Positions 33,856 through 47,368 of a DNA stretch of 51,209 nucleotides are shown in pieces. Where the stretch lies: assembly GCA_000708835.1 (NCBI GenBank), contig DF237564.1, positions 1 to 51,209 of the forward strand. Direction: 5' to 3'. The DNA comes from Klebsormidium nitens. Lineage: Eukaryota; Plantae; Klebsormidiophyceae. Position 1 is the first letter of the stretch. Each line of letters begins with the position of its first letter. The position numbers were made by a program, and so were the translations under genes. The notes below the pieces were generated by a model, which saw only the letters and a program-made list of their open reading frames with translations, was not told the origin of the DNA and ran no database searches.

Positions 33856-36800
33856 ATGTTTACGGGAGATTTCACCCAGAAGAAGAAGGTGGATCTGGGG
33901 GGCAGGAGGAAAGAACTTGACAGGGGCAGGCTGCTGGAGCAAGCAAAGGCGGACAGGGAGCGGAGAGCAAGGGAGAAGCTCGAGAGGGTCAGCGCCACGA
34001 AGATACAGGTACTTACGCTCAATTCAAGCACATGCACGTGAAATATACTCTACTCCAGCCGTGTTTCTCCACCAATGCTGACAGGCGGATCATCGTGCGA
34101 TCGGTCTGTGGCGGGACTACTGGTGCACACTGGTTGTAGAGGGTCTCTGGCCAATTCTGTGGCATTCAAAGGATACATGCAAGTCCCGTGGAACATAAGC
34201 TGTTGTTTGAACAGTTTTGGGGGACATCATTCTCTATGCCTGCTTTGGAAAAAATCCACATCTAACGCTGTCACGTGCATCTCATGGGGTGCATCGAGAG
34301 GCAGGTCAGTGATCCCTCTGAATGCGCTCTTTGATGTAGGACTTCTGGAGAAACACTTTTCAGTGACATGAAATTGCCAGCTGGAGTAATTTTGGTCTGC
34401 ATAAGTTAGTATGACAGTGACTGATGTCCTTACTAGTGTAACCGGCATAAACTTCTGTCTTACTTCTGTCTTAACTTTTATGTTAGCGCTTCTATCCTTT
34501 TAGTTATGACGTCCAACCAGTCAGTTAATCCCCACAGATGTGCGAGAAAGAAGATGTGAGGCTGCGACGTCTGAGCTTTGTTCAAACGTCACATCGAGCG
34601 ATTGAATGATCAATTGATCAATCAATTTCAATCTTGTTGATTGAATGCCTCATCCTAGATTACTCAATGCAATTCGGTTTTGTGATCCGCTCTGCAGGCA
34701 TTTGCCAGAGGCCGGAGGTCGGTGAGTGCTAGCCGCGATCAGTCGCGCAACTCATGGCAGGGGCAATTTGGCGCGCTGGGAGAGCTGGCCACCAGGTGGG
34801 AAGTTTGTTTTTTTGCTTTTCTCTGTTGGCAGTCTGGAAGTTGTTAAGGAGGTTGAGTCCCTAAAAGCCGCAAATGGCCTTGGCACGCTGCAGTAAACAA
34901 GCTCTCCATTTCACGCTAAGAACAGTCCACTCACAAGGAATAAAAGATCTGGATTGTTTTCTTGTTTCAAGCCTCTGCCAACCGGACGCTGTCCTTGCTT
35001 TATCCACATCATCAGGTGCATATCTTTCAAGATCCACTGATACGTACTGGTGTCCCGCCCTGAAGCACGCTCGTCTCTTTTCTACCTTCTATCTCTCCTT
35101 CTGCAGGGAGGCCCTCCTTTACGACTCCCCTTTTCTGCCCCAGCTCCTCTTTTTCTTCCGGCTGAACAATCCAACAGACATCGTGAGGTTGGCCGCAGCA
35201 TGCCGCCTCCTGCTGCAAAACTACTCTGCGAAAGGTGCGATTTGTGCAGGCCCGCCGAGACCACTTCTTCTTTCGTTCTTCTGACAGGGGAAGGTTCCTG
35301 TATGCGTCGATCTTGTCCTGCTTCACACAGTCTGAGATTTCGGTTCCATCGAAATCTGCTCATTGAGGGGGGGAGCTTCTTCTTTGTCATGGTCTGATTC
35401 TGATACAAAGAACAGAGGCGCCAGAGATCTCGCAAACATGAAGGGGTTGAGATCTTTGTGCTGTGAAGAACCTTCCAGCTACAGCTTCCTCCTCGCGAGC
35501 TGCTGGTTATTCTTGTATCAATGAGCCGAGTGCTTCTAAGTAAACAGAGTGTAATATCAAAAAGAAAGTTAGCAAGAAGAAGTGCTCCGGCAGAAACGGT
35601 GGCGTCTGTGACGCAACACAGTTTCTCATGCGAGGATGATTCTCCGTTATCTGACTCCACTTCCCTATCTGCAGAGCCAACTGCGCTTTTCTTTGCTAAT
35701 GGCGAAGCTCAGAAGCAATTGATTATGGCTCAGAGGGCGGCCAAGCTGGCGGTGACCTGCCTTCAAGCCGTCCATCATAACAGGTGGGCCCGGTTTTGAG
35801 GCATGTGAATGACAACAGTAGATTTAATTTTCAGAGATCCGCTCCAGAAAGAAAGACAGCCCACCCGGAACGGTTGCTTTCGGCATCAGTGCAGTAAAAG
35901 ACACTGGATCTTTCTTTGGTGAAGCGGTGGTTCCACAGATTCGTGTATCAATAATGTGGAACAAGGAGTTAAGAACGCAATATAGTAATTGGGACTTTCG
36001 ACTGGGACCAGCATAGAAGGATCTTGCCCGGACATGAAACTTCATGAGAAGAAATTTACCCGTTGGATGCCCCGAAGAGGGAAGCTACTTTAGACAAGGA
36101 CATTTTTTGGAGTCACAGGTCTATAAAGAGGAAGGCGGCGGTGGAATCAGACTTCACAACGAAACAGGAAGCCTTCTTCTCCGAACGGACAGACAACTTC
36201 TTAACTCAACTAGACAGGGAACATTTTCGTACGCCCTGCAGGCAGGCCCTTCTGTCCGAGCTGTCCAGCCCCTGGCAGGCATCCCCCGGCAGCCTGGGCA
36301 ACATTCTCCTCCAGACTGTGCTCACCCTTTCGGGGGACTTCCCCTGGGCGCGCCAGGTCCTCGAAACGCTGGCGCGAGCGGATCTGTTTGTATACATCCG
36401 GGACATCTTAGTTCTGGTGGTGAGCGGATCTGCGGGTTTCTAAGATTGTGCCTGAAAAGCGTCTTTTAGTTTCAGCAGATATCACGTGCTTTTGTCAGAA
36501 ACTTGTAAGAGGAAGAGAAATGAGGAACTTTGCGCTGCAATGGAGAAGAAACGCTTCGACCAGTGGACGATCTGAATGGTCGATTATCGTGATTATTGAG
36601 GAGAATGTCCGCGGGCTGCTTGATCCGAATCATCGTTAGAAAACGCATTGAGACGCAGCCTCAAACGCACGCGCACCTTCGAAGACAGCCAAGTTAGTCT
36701 CTGGAGCGGATGACGGTCCGATTTACGTTGGCAAGGGAGTCCAAGCTCACACCCTCAGTGTCAGGGGAAGGGTTGAGTAAGACGTGGTAAGGCGGAACTA

Positions 36801-39800
36801 TCGGCTTGAAATTGAGAATTCCTCCTCTCGCGTCGTTCCAGGGGGGCAGTTCGAAGGCCGTGAGCTCCATCGAGCGGGCGGCGCTCCTGCTGACGTCACG
36901 CTACTTCGAGGACCGGGTCGGCGACCTGGAAGGCTCCCTGCCCGCGCGCCTGCGCTTTGCCGCGCAGCTCGTCTCCATCCCCTTCTTCTGGCAGCGCTTC
37001 TCCACCTTCAAGCAGGTCAGACCGCGTCTTCTCGACCTCGGCTGTTGTGCATTATTCATCATATTTTCAGATCTTACTTCCTCCGTATCTTCTTCTTCGA
37101 CGGGTCTGTCAGATTATGAAAAGGGCACTATCTCAAAGCGAAAAACCAGCTGTGAGCTTCTATGCAGGCATTATTCGGAGGCTAGGCTGAAGCCTATGAA
37201 GAGTGCTTTGGTTTATGTCAGAAGAGAGCAAGGCGTCGGTATCCAGACACCGTAAATAGACATTCACTGTAGTTTCATGACCTTTCTTCTTGATCCGACT
37301 TGTCCAATATCGTCCGCAGGCCGCTGCAAGCCGGGGTCTTTGGCAGCGGTCGGTTCACAGCCTTGGGGGCATACTGCCCGCGCTCGGAGGAGCTCTACCG
37401 GGCAGTCCTGGGCCCGCCCTGCCTTCGGAAGCATGCCTCCTGGGGAACCTGCTCGAAGGAGCCCCGGGGGGGCTCACCGCTCCGCAAACTTCGACGGAAG
37501 TGGTGAGTCGCAACACGTAAATGCTGCGGGTTTTAAGAGGACAAGGATGGCCGTGGTTAGGCATCCATGCAAAGCATGAGTGGCACTCAAGAAGTGCAGA
37601 AGAACTGCAACTTCGGATATTGTTAGGGAGAGAAGTTGTGTTACTTCCTCGCTGACGACCTCGATCAAGCTAAAGCAGAGTTCCAATTGACCCCTCAGCT
37701 TTTCAGAGCAGTGCTCTCTGAGGCGTTGCCTCAACTCATGCGCTGCGGCATCTCTCACGTGGTGGCGCAGAGAGTTTCGTAGCACATTTTCACGCAGCCA
37801 CAAGCATATGTCCCCGCGGTTCCTGATATAAGTTGTTGCTTTATTGCTTTCAATCTTATTAACCAAGAAGTACATGTTTCAAATGTGTTGAACTCTTATC
37901 TGCACAGGCGTCCGAGTTCATTCGTGTGGGGCAGACCCTTATGGAGGGAGTCCCGTCAACTTCGTACAGTCACAAAGCCGCAGACGTTGACGGTGAGACC
38001 TCCGCTTCTCTACCGAGAGGTCCGCAGGAAGAGCTTCGAAGGAGTTCTATCTTGGTCTTGAAGCTTTTGATTCATGCAACCGTGTGCTCCTTGAAACGCT
38101 GTCCTTTGCGCTCTCCCCTTCCCTTACGCTGTCAGTCTCCTCCATGTGACGTGCTCATAGGTGGCAAGTAATACAATCGGGGGCGCTAAAAATCAAAGTA
38201 TCGAATCTGCATGTGCATGAGGGTCGCGAACTGGGTGCATGACATTTCAGGGTAAGGGGTCTCAGGGTTGCGAACATTTAAACGAAGGTTCGAGAATTTC
38301 GAACCTATGGGGTTTCCGGATTGCCAACACCTGTACGGAACGTTCTGGAATTTGGAACTCAGCAAGTTGTCATGGTCGCTTTTGGTTGTGCAGGAATGGA
38401 CGTGGAGTCCTCGGTCGAGTCTGCTCCGGGTCCATCCCTGGACCCGGCCCTCGTCAAGCAGCTAGCGAATTTGGGGGACGTCGCCGTGCTGAAACCGCTG
38501 GTGAGCCTGTCATTCCGTCTTTACCACCAGTCGTTCCGCTCGAAGTTCGTTTGTGCTGCTGTCTCCTCACCATGACGTTACCTGCCCGATGCTAAGGGCG
38601 ATTAATACAGGTATTCTCTTCTTTTAATAAAGTAATCCTTCCTTTGTGTCCCCTGGTCCCAAGCATGCGCCAAGCCGCAGTTGCGAAGCTTGCAGATGCA
38701 TTCTCGTCTCCTCCACCAGCGCTCCTGATGCGTGTTCAACATTCTTTGTAACGGTGCCCTTCCGTTGGGGTTATGGCTTCCGACCTACCTCCATTTCCCT
38801 TGTCTCCTTCACAGGTCGCGGCACTCCTTTCCGTTCCAACAGATCCCGCTCAACCCCTCCAGCCGCCAACCCCCTCGGAAGCTTCGCTCGTGGGCTCTCT
38901 CGCCTGGTTCCTCCATTCGGTTCACACGCTCTTTCCGCCCCTCCGCGCGCGCCTCTTCACAAGCCTCGCCTTCTCGGCCCAGTTCACACAGCGCATGTGG
39001 CTGTACCTGAAACGCTGCCACCTGGCGCGACAGTGGCCGTCGATGGCGGTCGTCGGGTGGGAGAAGCAGCTGCTGCCGGAGTGGCTCGGATGGATGCTGC
39101 CGCTCGCCGTCTTCTGCCCCGTGTACAGGTGAGAGGGGAAGGGCGGGTTAGCACGTTGGCAAGGCTTGACCAGAACATTAGCTGGTGCTTCCAATGGGCG
39201 GTGATGCTGCGGTCAGGCCGTTTCGTGAAGTCGAAAAGCCTACCGAGGGTTTCGCTTCACTTGCTTGGTCTCCTTCACCACTCAGAATCTGAATAGATTC
39301 CCAATATTATCTTCCACGTTTGGAAAATACAGTGGATTGCCTAAGCGTCAAATACTTCCGAGTTCACATGGGCCGACAAGGTACTCTGTTCTTTTGCCTG
39401 CAGCTATCTCCTGATGACAATCGACGACGACGAGTTCTACGAGAAGCAGCGGCCGTTGCCTCTGGCGGATTTGACCATCCTGTTGTCGATCCTGAAAGAG
39501 GTGAGGCCCGACGTTTGACGTCGCAGCTTTCGTTAAGCAGAGTCTTCCTTTTAGTCAGGACATAGGTCTGAATTGTAACCAGAAAAATTTCCCCAGTTCT
39601 CTGCTTTGCCTTCTTCGCTAAGTAGGAGAAGGATTTTGTGTTGAGAGACTCTTGAAATTCGGAAGCAATCCGGCCATTTGCACTCCTTTCGCCTCATAGG
39701 TGCTGGGGACTCTCCAGTTTGTTACTCAAGAAAGGTATATGTTGAGCATAACACCAAAGCCCAACCCATTCTGTTAAACCGCTGTCGAGCACCCTGCTGG

Positions 39801-42800
39801 CTTCATTTTGACCTTAAAAGTAGGTCGGAGGTACCTCACTATCTATGTGGCAGGCCTGGCTAATTGCTTTTTCTAGTTTCTAGACTTCCCACATCCTCCA
39901 TGTTTGGCAGCCTGCTCACAAAGCGCTGTAACAACTTCCATTTTCCCTCCGCTTTTTCAGGCGGTGTGGCAGCTCCTCTGGACGTACAACTCTAAGCTCG
40001 GCTCCGGCAGCCCCCTGGCCACCCCCTCCGATGCGGGGCTCTTCTCGGCTGCCGCCACCCCCCCTGCCAGCACTCCCAGCGCTACTGCGTCCTCCCATGC
40101 GGACCTCTCGCCGCAGGCCTTTTTGAAGCACGTGGGCACCGTTGCGGCCACGCTACTGGCACAGGTAATGGGGGCTTGTTTTTAGAAATCCCTGTGACGA
40201 TTGGGGTTGGGCGTAGCTAACAGAAGAAAAATGTCAGAAGGTATGATCGAGCCACGTTCAAGTACGTCGCTGAAGGCTGATTGTTGACTGGTCGCTCCTT
40301 GCGGGCTGGCATGATCTGTTCACTTTCGATGATCAGGATTGCATATGTTGCAAATTTTCGGAGTATGTTTGAGATTCCTGGTCTTGAAAAGGAACGTTTT
40401 CCAAGCTGTGGACAGAAGTTTCGGACTTTAAAACTGGATTTTGGGGCGAGAGTTTGTACCTCCAGCTTGATCCCTTCTCTACAGCGCTCTGGTTAACGGC
40501 GTTTCCTAATGTCGACGCTTTCTTTTTGCAGCTAAACGACCGCAACGCCCGGAGGGAGTTTACTCAGCCGGAGAGCTTCCACGCCAAGGGCATCGTGGAC
40601 GAACGCTTCTACATACAGGTATTGCACACGTGGCGAGGGGCGGAGCCATGACACGTGGCAGTGCTCGTATCTGTCAGCAATGTGCACACAGCTTGACCCA
40701 GTGACAGGGCCGTTGTCGAAGGGCCAATGGAATGACAGATGCAATCATTGAGGCGGTCTAAAATCGACGTGCTTGTCATGGAAAGCTCATGAGCAACCAG
40801 ACCGTCGAGTCTATGTCCACTCACTGCACGCGGTTGAACGTTTAGCGGCTTAATGGCTTCGGTTTTGCATGGCGCGCTTGGATCTTAGGACATGCTCATC
40901 CTCTGGGTTTGGTTGCTGAGTCGATCTTCTCGTGACTTCTGCGAGACCTTTGCCCATTCTTCCGTGCAGGCACGGGACGATCCCGATAGTCAAGCAAGGG
41001 AGCTGCTGCGGAAGGCGCCCTTCCTCGTACCCTTCCCCGCACGCGTCAGGGTATATCAAGTGAGCACTTGAGTTCCCTTGACAGCCCTGCTGGATTTCAT
41101 TTTGACTACGCTTCACAGAGGAGGGGTCGTACTTTGAAGGTACTGAGGATGCAGTTTGGTACTCTTGCTATTTAGTACGCTTCTGCAGTGCCTTTGTCCG
41201 CGCTCTGATCTTTTTCACGACGAACGACGTTGCAAGGCAGTCGTCCAACTACTGACCCTAGTCGTTCCTTCTCTGGAATCCAAAAACTAACGAAAAGGAG
41301 CCCTTTGAGTCAGTACCCCTTTGCCAAGTTACACCTTGCCTTTTCAACCCCTTATCGTAGCGCTTCTTTGCTTGCTTCCGGCCTAAAAGACGCGTCCGAG
41401 GTGGATACTCTATTCTGTTGGCAGCCTTTTGGCCACCTGTCTTCCGGTCTCACAAGGTTTTTCACTGAGCCTCATCGACGCCAGTTCCCTTCCTCCTCGT
41501 CTTACAAGGCTGCAAGCACAAGGTACATACTTTCCCACAACCCCGGAGTTTCCCAGTTGCATTACTCTTCAACTACCTCTTCCCGTCCCTTTCCATACAG
41601 TCTCTGCTCGATGTGGCACGCTCCAAGGTCGCCAACTGGCAGACCCCCTGGACCGCCGCGGAGATCCCGATCCGGCGGAACCATATCGTGGAGGACGGAT
41701 TCGACCACCTGAGCGGACGCCCGGGAGAGTCGATGCGGGGGCGCATGCGGATCCACTTTATCAACGAGTTCGGGGAGCACGAAGCGGGAGTCGACGGAGG
41801 GGGCCTGTTCAAGGACTGTATGGAGGGGATCATCAAGGTCGCCTTTGACGTGCAGTATGGGCTGTTCAAGGTGAGACGGGGAGCAAGGTTTTGGGCTCTT
41901 TCTGGGTGTGAGGTTCCGTCTTTGCAAAGCATGGTCTGTGTTAAAGGGGAGTTGGAGAGGAATGCCTGGCGTGGGGTTGATCATCTGGAAAGCATAGGTT
42001 ATATGTTCAGAGTTGCTGGCTTTTCTTCCGACCGTGATGGTGTCAAAAGTCTGTCATCGTTCTGTCACGCAACCAGGTCTGAAGCAATGCTGACGTCTTT
42101 TTCACAAATTCGTGCTGAGCTCTGCTGTGAATGTCGCAGAAAGCGTTTTTATCCATGGCTGCGAGACTCGATGCTTGAGTGTCGCCCATCGAGCTTCTTT
42201 CGTTCCTTTTCCTCCGAGAGAGCGTCAATTTGAAAGCCAGAAGTCAATGCTGACGTTGATGCGATGGCAACTGCAGGAGACTGCAGACCACCACTTGTAT
42301 CCAAACCCGGCTTCCCACCTCGTCATGACCAATGGGGATCACCTGCGGTACTACGAGTTCCTCGGGAAGATCCTCGGCAAGGTGAGCGGATGTTCTCCAC
42401 GCGTGCTCCTTACGCCTTTCGATTTTCTTTGTTGAAGGGTGACTCTCTTCGAGAATCTTTTTTCTTGCTTAATTTGATGCATCGCTTCTTTTTGGAGTAC
42501 ATTCGTTGTGCCACCAGACGTCCTCTCCTTGCTGCGATTCCTTCTGCTTACCTGTAGCTGCTTGGAAGAACTACGGTCGCATTCAAGTGAAGTAAATGTA
42601 GTGATTGTGTTTCATGTCAAAATAAATAGGCGTTTTTCCATAAAAACATCAGCGCAACCAGTCCGTTCTTGCTTTGACGGGTTCTGTTGATCTCCAGGCG
42701 ATGTTCGAAGGCATTCTGGCCGACATCCCGTTCGCCACCTTCTTCCTCAGCAAGCTGCAGTCCAAGTGAGTCCCGCTCTTACTCTTTCATCCTGCGTTCC

Positions 42801-45800
42801 ATAGAGTTCTAGTGGTTTGCATAGTTTGACCGGTGCTCAATCGTTTGTTTCTGGCTCACGTTCACGTAAGCCGAAAACTAAAAGAGTTTCGGCGACTATT
42901 GCTACTTTCCGAATGTTGTGGCGGAGAATTGGGAAACCTGAGATTGTGAGTCAGATAATGTGTGTGGTTGCGAAGCGAGATCATCTCAGCGCTCACGTTT
43001 TCACCCAACTTCGATCGCTGCGCAGGAACAACCTGCTGAACGACCTGCCGTCCTTAGACCCAGAGCTGTACAAAAGCCTCATCTTTCTCAAGGTAAGTGG
43101 CCGACCTTCCCAAGTTCACGCTTTTATTACGCTGCTCTGCTTTGGACTATTGCGGAAAAAACGCTACCTCTTTCTCTTCTTGTGCCACAAAAAAGGTTCT
43201 AGTATTTTTGTGCGCATCCTTTCTGTTTGACCCACTTTTTGAAGCAGGTTGGCTTCCTGGAAGCCCCAAATTATCGCTCCTTTGCTGTCGTCAAGCCTGA
43301 TGTCACCTAGAGACAATACGGCCCATCAACAGAAATAAGCAGATTTGCAGCGACTGACGCGGCATTCGCGTCGCTAATTCATGGCGATATTGAGCAAATG
43401 CAATTCACGGCGATATTGAGCGAATGCACTTCCGAAGTTTTTAGTCCCACCTCCCTGTGTGCTGAACACATCAACTAAGACGGCTCCGTTCTGAACGTTG
43501 CAGCACCACGAAGTTGACATGGTAGTTCTGAGCCTCCCTTTCACCTCTCCACCTGGATAAACGTGGATTTCCAAGAGTCAGCTTACTTATTTCGCAGCAC
43601 TACGAAAGTGACGTCGTGGACCTGGGCCTCTGCTTCCACCTCTGTCTTGCCAAGACACAGTTTTCCGAAGTCTGCTTTTAAGGCTCCATTCGTGGTCTGT
43701 CAGTGCGCATATCTCAGAAGTCTGCTTTCAATCCCCGCAGCACTACGAAGGTGACGTCGTAGACCTGGGCCTCTTCTTTTCGGTGGAGAACAACGAGCTG
43801 GGCGAAATGGCCGAGACGGAGCTCATTCCCGGGGGGAAGGACATCCCCGTTTCCAACGAGAACAAGATCAAGTACATCTACCTCGTCGCGAACCAACGGC
43901 TGAACCTGCAGGTAGGTCAGCCTCTGGTCGAAATTCGGCAGCGGACGGGAACGTTGCTGAAGCGCTGAGCATTTGGCCGGTCACTCAAATGTGGCGCAGC
44001 TCGTCTTTGTTCACATGTCGTGAATCTGAACCTTTATTTCTGACATCCCAATCCGGAAAGTGCGCCCATAAGCATTGTAATTGCGCTCAGCAGTTCCGCG
44101 GCAGTGGGCGCTGGGGCGGGTCTGTTGACTCCATGATAGGTTCGGGTTTCGAACACGTTGAGTTTTTTCCCAACATAAGTTAAAAATCATAGTGTCTATC
44201 CCGGCTCCTTTCGCCCATTTCACTCTTTTTCCTGATGAGATTCAGCTCCACGTCTCGTTTGCTGTTGGTAACTCATTTCGAATTCCTACATTTTCCAACC
44301 CGCATGCCACTCCGCCTGCAGATCCGGCGGCAGAGCGCGGCGTTCCAGGAGGGCTTCGCCCAGGTGATTGACCCGGAGTGGATCCAGTTCTTCAACGAAC
44401 AGGAGCTACGGATCCTCATCTCCGGCTCCAAGGAGTCCGCCGACATGGACGACTTGCGCGAGAATGCGGTGTACGGCGGGGGGTATGACGACAAGCACCC
44501 GGTCATCCAGGCCTTCTGGGACGTGGTCAAGTCGCTGGACTCGCGACAACAGAGGCTGTTCCTGAAGTGAGTGCCGTTGAGTTGTTGAGTTGTTTGAGCT
44601 GACTTTGCTGCTGGTTTGAGTTGTTTGTGCTGCTCATAAGCAAACTGCTGAATGTGACGGTGCTTACTAGATAGATATTGAGTTCTGGCAGCTCTTTTGG
44701 CGAGCGTGTAGCAAGCTCGCCAGTTGCATCAATTGGGTTAGGAAAAACGAAAGGGGGGCAATAGCCGCAGGACGCCCGAAAACAGAGGTTGTTCCGTAAG
44801 TGAGTGCCGCTAACATCTTTTCAAGTCCTCAGTATCTCTTCAGTCTGTTGAGGATTTTCGAAAACGGGTTGGGTTGGCAATCGCCCAGCAACAGAGGCTG
44901 TTTGTAGTTTCAATGATCCTGGGTTGCGGATTGCTTGCGGTTCTTCTGCGGGTCTGCTTAAAAGGTTTGCGAAAGTTGGAGGAGGCGTCAACTTGCTGGC
45001 TGCCATGTGGAGGGCTACTCTCAGGTACTTCGTTGCTTTCATCAGCGTTTTTGCCGTGATTGTCTACGAGATCTGCGTAATCGCTGGCAGCAAAGACTGT
45101 GGCAAAATTGTAAAGGCATCACGTCCTGTTCGCGGGTAGGGAGGTTCCTATTACTTGAAGCATTGCAAGGTGGGCTACCCAAGGCTAGGGCGAGCGTCTG
45201 AGCATTCTTGATGCTGAATACATTCGGTGGTGGTTTTGAGGGTCTGAATAAGCTTTACATTTCCAGCCGGTCCGGCCATTTGACAGAACACGAAAAGGGC
45301 TTGGAATGTCAGCAAGTCGCTAGCTGCCGTGCTTTATGTCTGGCGAATGCTCGGCTTGGTGCTCAGCTTTTTGGGACGTGTCGGATGTCCTCGGGCAGTA
45401 CAGAAGGCCAGGCCATCGGTCTACGACAGACAAGAGACAATTGCAAAGCGCGTTTTGCAAACGAGTCACACGAAGTTGAGAAAGCGCTTTGTTTCGGGAC
45501 AGTGAAGGATTTGAGCGGAGCAGGAAAGGTAGCGTGTGGGTAAAAAAGTTTTATCGGCCGCTCACCTTCAGGGGCACGACCAATCCGGCGTCGGTGCTTT
45601 GATCCGGCCTGATCCTCGCTCGTTTCATTTCCAGGTTTGTGACGGGCTGCTCACGGGGGCCCCTCATGGGCTTTAAGTACCTGCAGCCCCAATTCGCCAT
45701 CCACAGGTTGGTTGCCTTCAATCCTACAAAGCCACAATTCTGGACTTTTGCAACCCTTCAGCAGGACTTTAATGAGATTCTTATAGCCGGAGCTCTGGGG

Positions 45801-46860
45801 TTGTTAAGGACATCCTGAGGCTTTCAAAGCCCGAAATTGGATGCAGCTTTCGAAAAGAACCCTCTTGACAGTTTTTGGCTCTCTCCTTTCGCTGAAAGCG
45901 AATTTGAACCAGTATTGAGGGAGCGAGACGGCAATTACGCACAAGCTGCACCTTCTTTTGCTTTCGCCTTTCTTTGTTCACCGAGAGTGCACTGTTGTCG
46001 AAGTCCTTACTCCTGCATGCAGCGCCTGACGAGTCAGTTCGAGTTGTGCATGTGTGGCCTCACTTCTATCGGCGATGTTGCGGCTGTCTCTCGTTACCTG
46101 TTCTGCTTCGAAGTGGCCCTTCGAGGCCCCACCTGATTATTTCTCCAACAATCACGCGCCAGCACCCAGGTCATCACGTAGACCACACAACTCGGTACCG
46201 GACTGTGCGTCAAGCGACGAACGATGTTGCAGTATGTTCATTACGTGCTCGTTCCAAAGTAGTTAAGTATTGGACTTTTCGAAACCTGCATTAGCTTTAA
46301 GAATTCTGAAGCTTCAACATTCTGAAACCAGAAGCTGTAAGAGAAGAGTGTTGTGGGTTGATTTCCCTCTGACATCATCAGCCTTAGCTAAGACGGACAT
46401 TGTCTCACCGCTTTGCAGGGCCGCCCCGTCCGACCAGCCGGATGCCTCTGTCCGCGCCGACATCGTGAACCGGCTCCCCACGTCTGCCACGTGTATGAAT
46501 CTGCTGAAGCTCCCTCCATACCGGAAGTGAGTGCGACAAACCTTCATTTTCATTTTTTCCCCCTAGAAAGTTCCTCTTGCCGCCTAGTGTATCCTTCTCC
46601 TGCGAGTTGAAATATGGGCTTCTCCGGAATGGGAGCCACACTTATATTTAGGAAGGCTATCCGCATAGCATGCAAGGTAGAGGTGGATTTGTGCGGGTTG
46701 CTGTGTTCAACGCCGTCTTGGCATGCATTGCATCTCGTTGATGTGGTCATGGTCTTGAGCTTATTCCAATCACATTTGTTTTTTGTCATACAGCAAAGAC
46801 ATGATGAAACAAAAGCTGCTATATGCCATTACCGCCGGGGCTGGCTTTGATTTGAGCTGA
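33856..46860 (+). CDS. UPL6: HECT E3 ubiquitin ligase UPL6 (UBE3C-like; IQ motif plus HECT), about 1059 aa, 23 exons
   Basis: Exons 33856-34008, 34698-34795, 35107-35234, 35675-35783, 36242-36419, 36842-37015, 37320-37502, 37908-37992, 38394-38500, 38815-39128, 39404-39500, 39961-40164, 40532-40618, 40970-41059, 41601-41870, 42277-42381, 42698-42765, 43026-43092, 43741-43911, 44322-44566, 45635-45706, 46419-46526, 46794-46860 (3180 nt, in frame). Start [20 protein letters not shown]; IQ motif ATKIQAFARG; [29 protein letters not shown], catalytic [13 protein letters not shown]; end AGFDLS. Confidence 0.95.
43383..43432. repeat. 26-bp-period intronic tandem duplication (UPL6 intron 18)
   Basis: ggcgatattgagc(a/g)aatgca(a/c)tt x2. 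Confidence 0.85.
43593..43778 (+). repeat. Duplicated acceptor plus exon start in UPL6 intron 18
   Basis: cgcagcactacgaaagtgacgtcgtggacctgggcctctgctt (43593-43635) versus true cgcagcactacgaaggtgacgtcgtagacctgggcctcttctt (43736-43778): 40/43 identical. Confidence 0.92.
44548..44903 (+). repeat. Duplicated exon end plus donor in UPL6 intron 20
   Basis: True aacagaggctgttcctgaagtgagtgccg (44548-44576) versus aacagaggttgttccgtaagtgagtgccg (44781-44809): 26/29 identical. A third partial copy caacagaggctgtt lies at 44889-44902. Confidence 0.88.
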
Positions 46861-47368
46861 ACAACATCAGAAGAATTGACACACATAGACGAGCTGACGG
46901 GAGCTTGAATGCGGGTATGTTCTTCGCGTCTCAAGCTATACGGACCTTGCCTATAAGAGGATGTTCCATGTATACAGCTACTCTGTTCAAAAGTTGTATT
47001 ATAGCATTCAAACGGCTTTGCGCAATCCCTTGTGGTTGGAGATCACCCTCAAGTTGAGTTGCATTGCACTGGATGCGTCGTGGAAATCTTTCTGCGGTTC
47101 GATCTACTTGGGCCAAAGGTATGCATGATGCCATATTCATGAGCGAACCAACGGTCGACAAAGCGACTGGTCACTGTCACCTCAGCATGAGGATCGAAGA
47201 TGTAGAAAGCGGCCATGCGAATGAGTGCAGCATTTACCATGATTGTGCACGTATATACCCCTCGTCGAGCCAGTGGCGGAAAAGCATCAAAGCCTTCTCC
47301 TTTTATTAGTGTCTCCGACCCGCCAAAAAGGTGTAAAATACACTCAAACACCTGAAGTCATCAGAGCC

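Noticed and set aside
693-46860. Ubiquitin-themed functional gene cluster (NBR1, POLH-UBM, UPL6)
   Set aside because: Ubiquitin-related genes are abundant and there is no evidence of co-regulation or conserved linkage.
46931-47250. Frameshifted Helitron Rep fragment (AAFYIFDPH; IIQLLNRV..HPL)
   Set aside because: The resemblance to AQLYIYD/NPY motifs is only a few residues across two frames, which is insufficient without a profile search.
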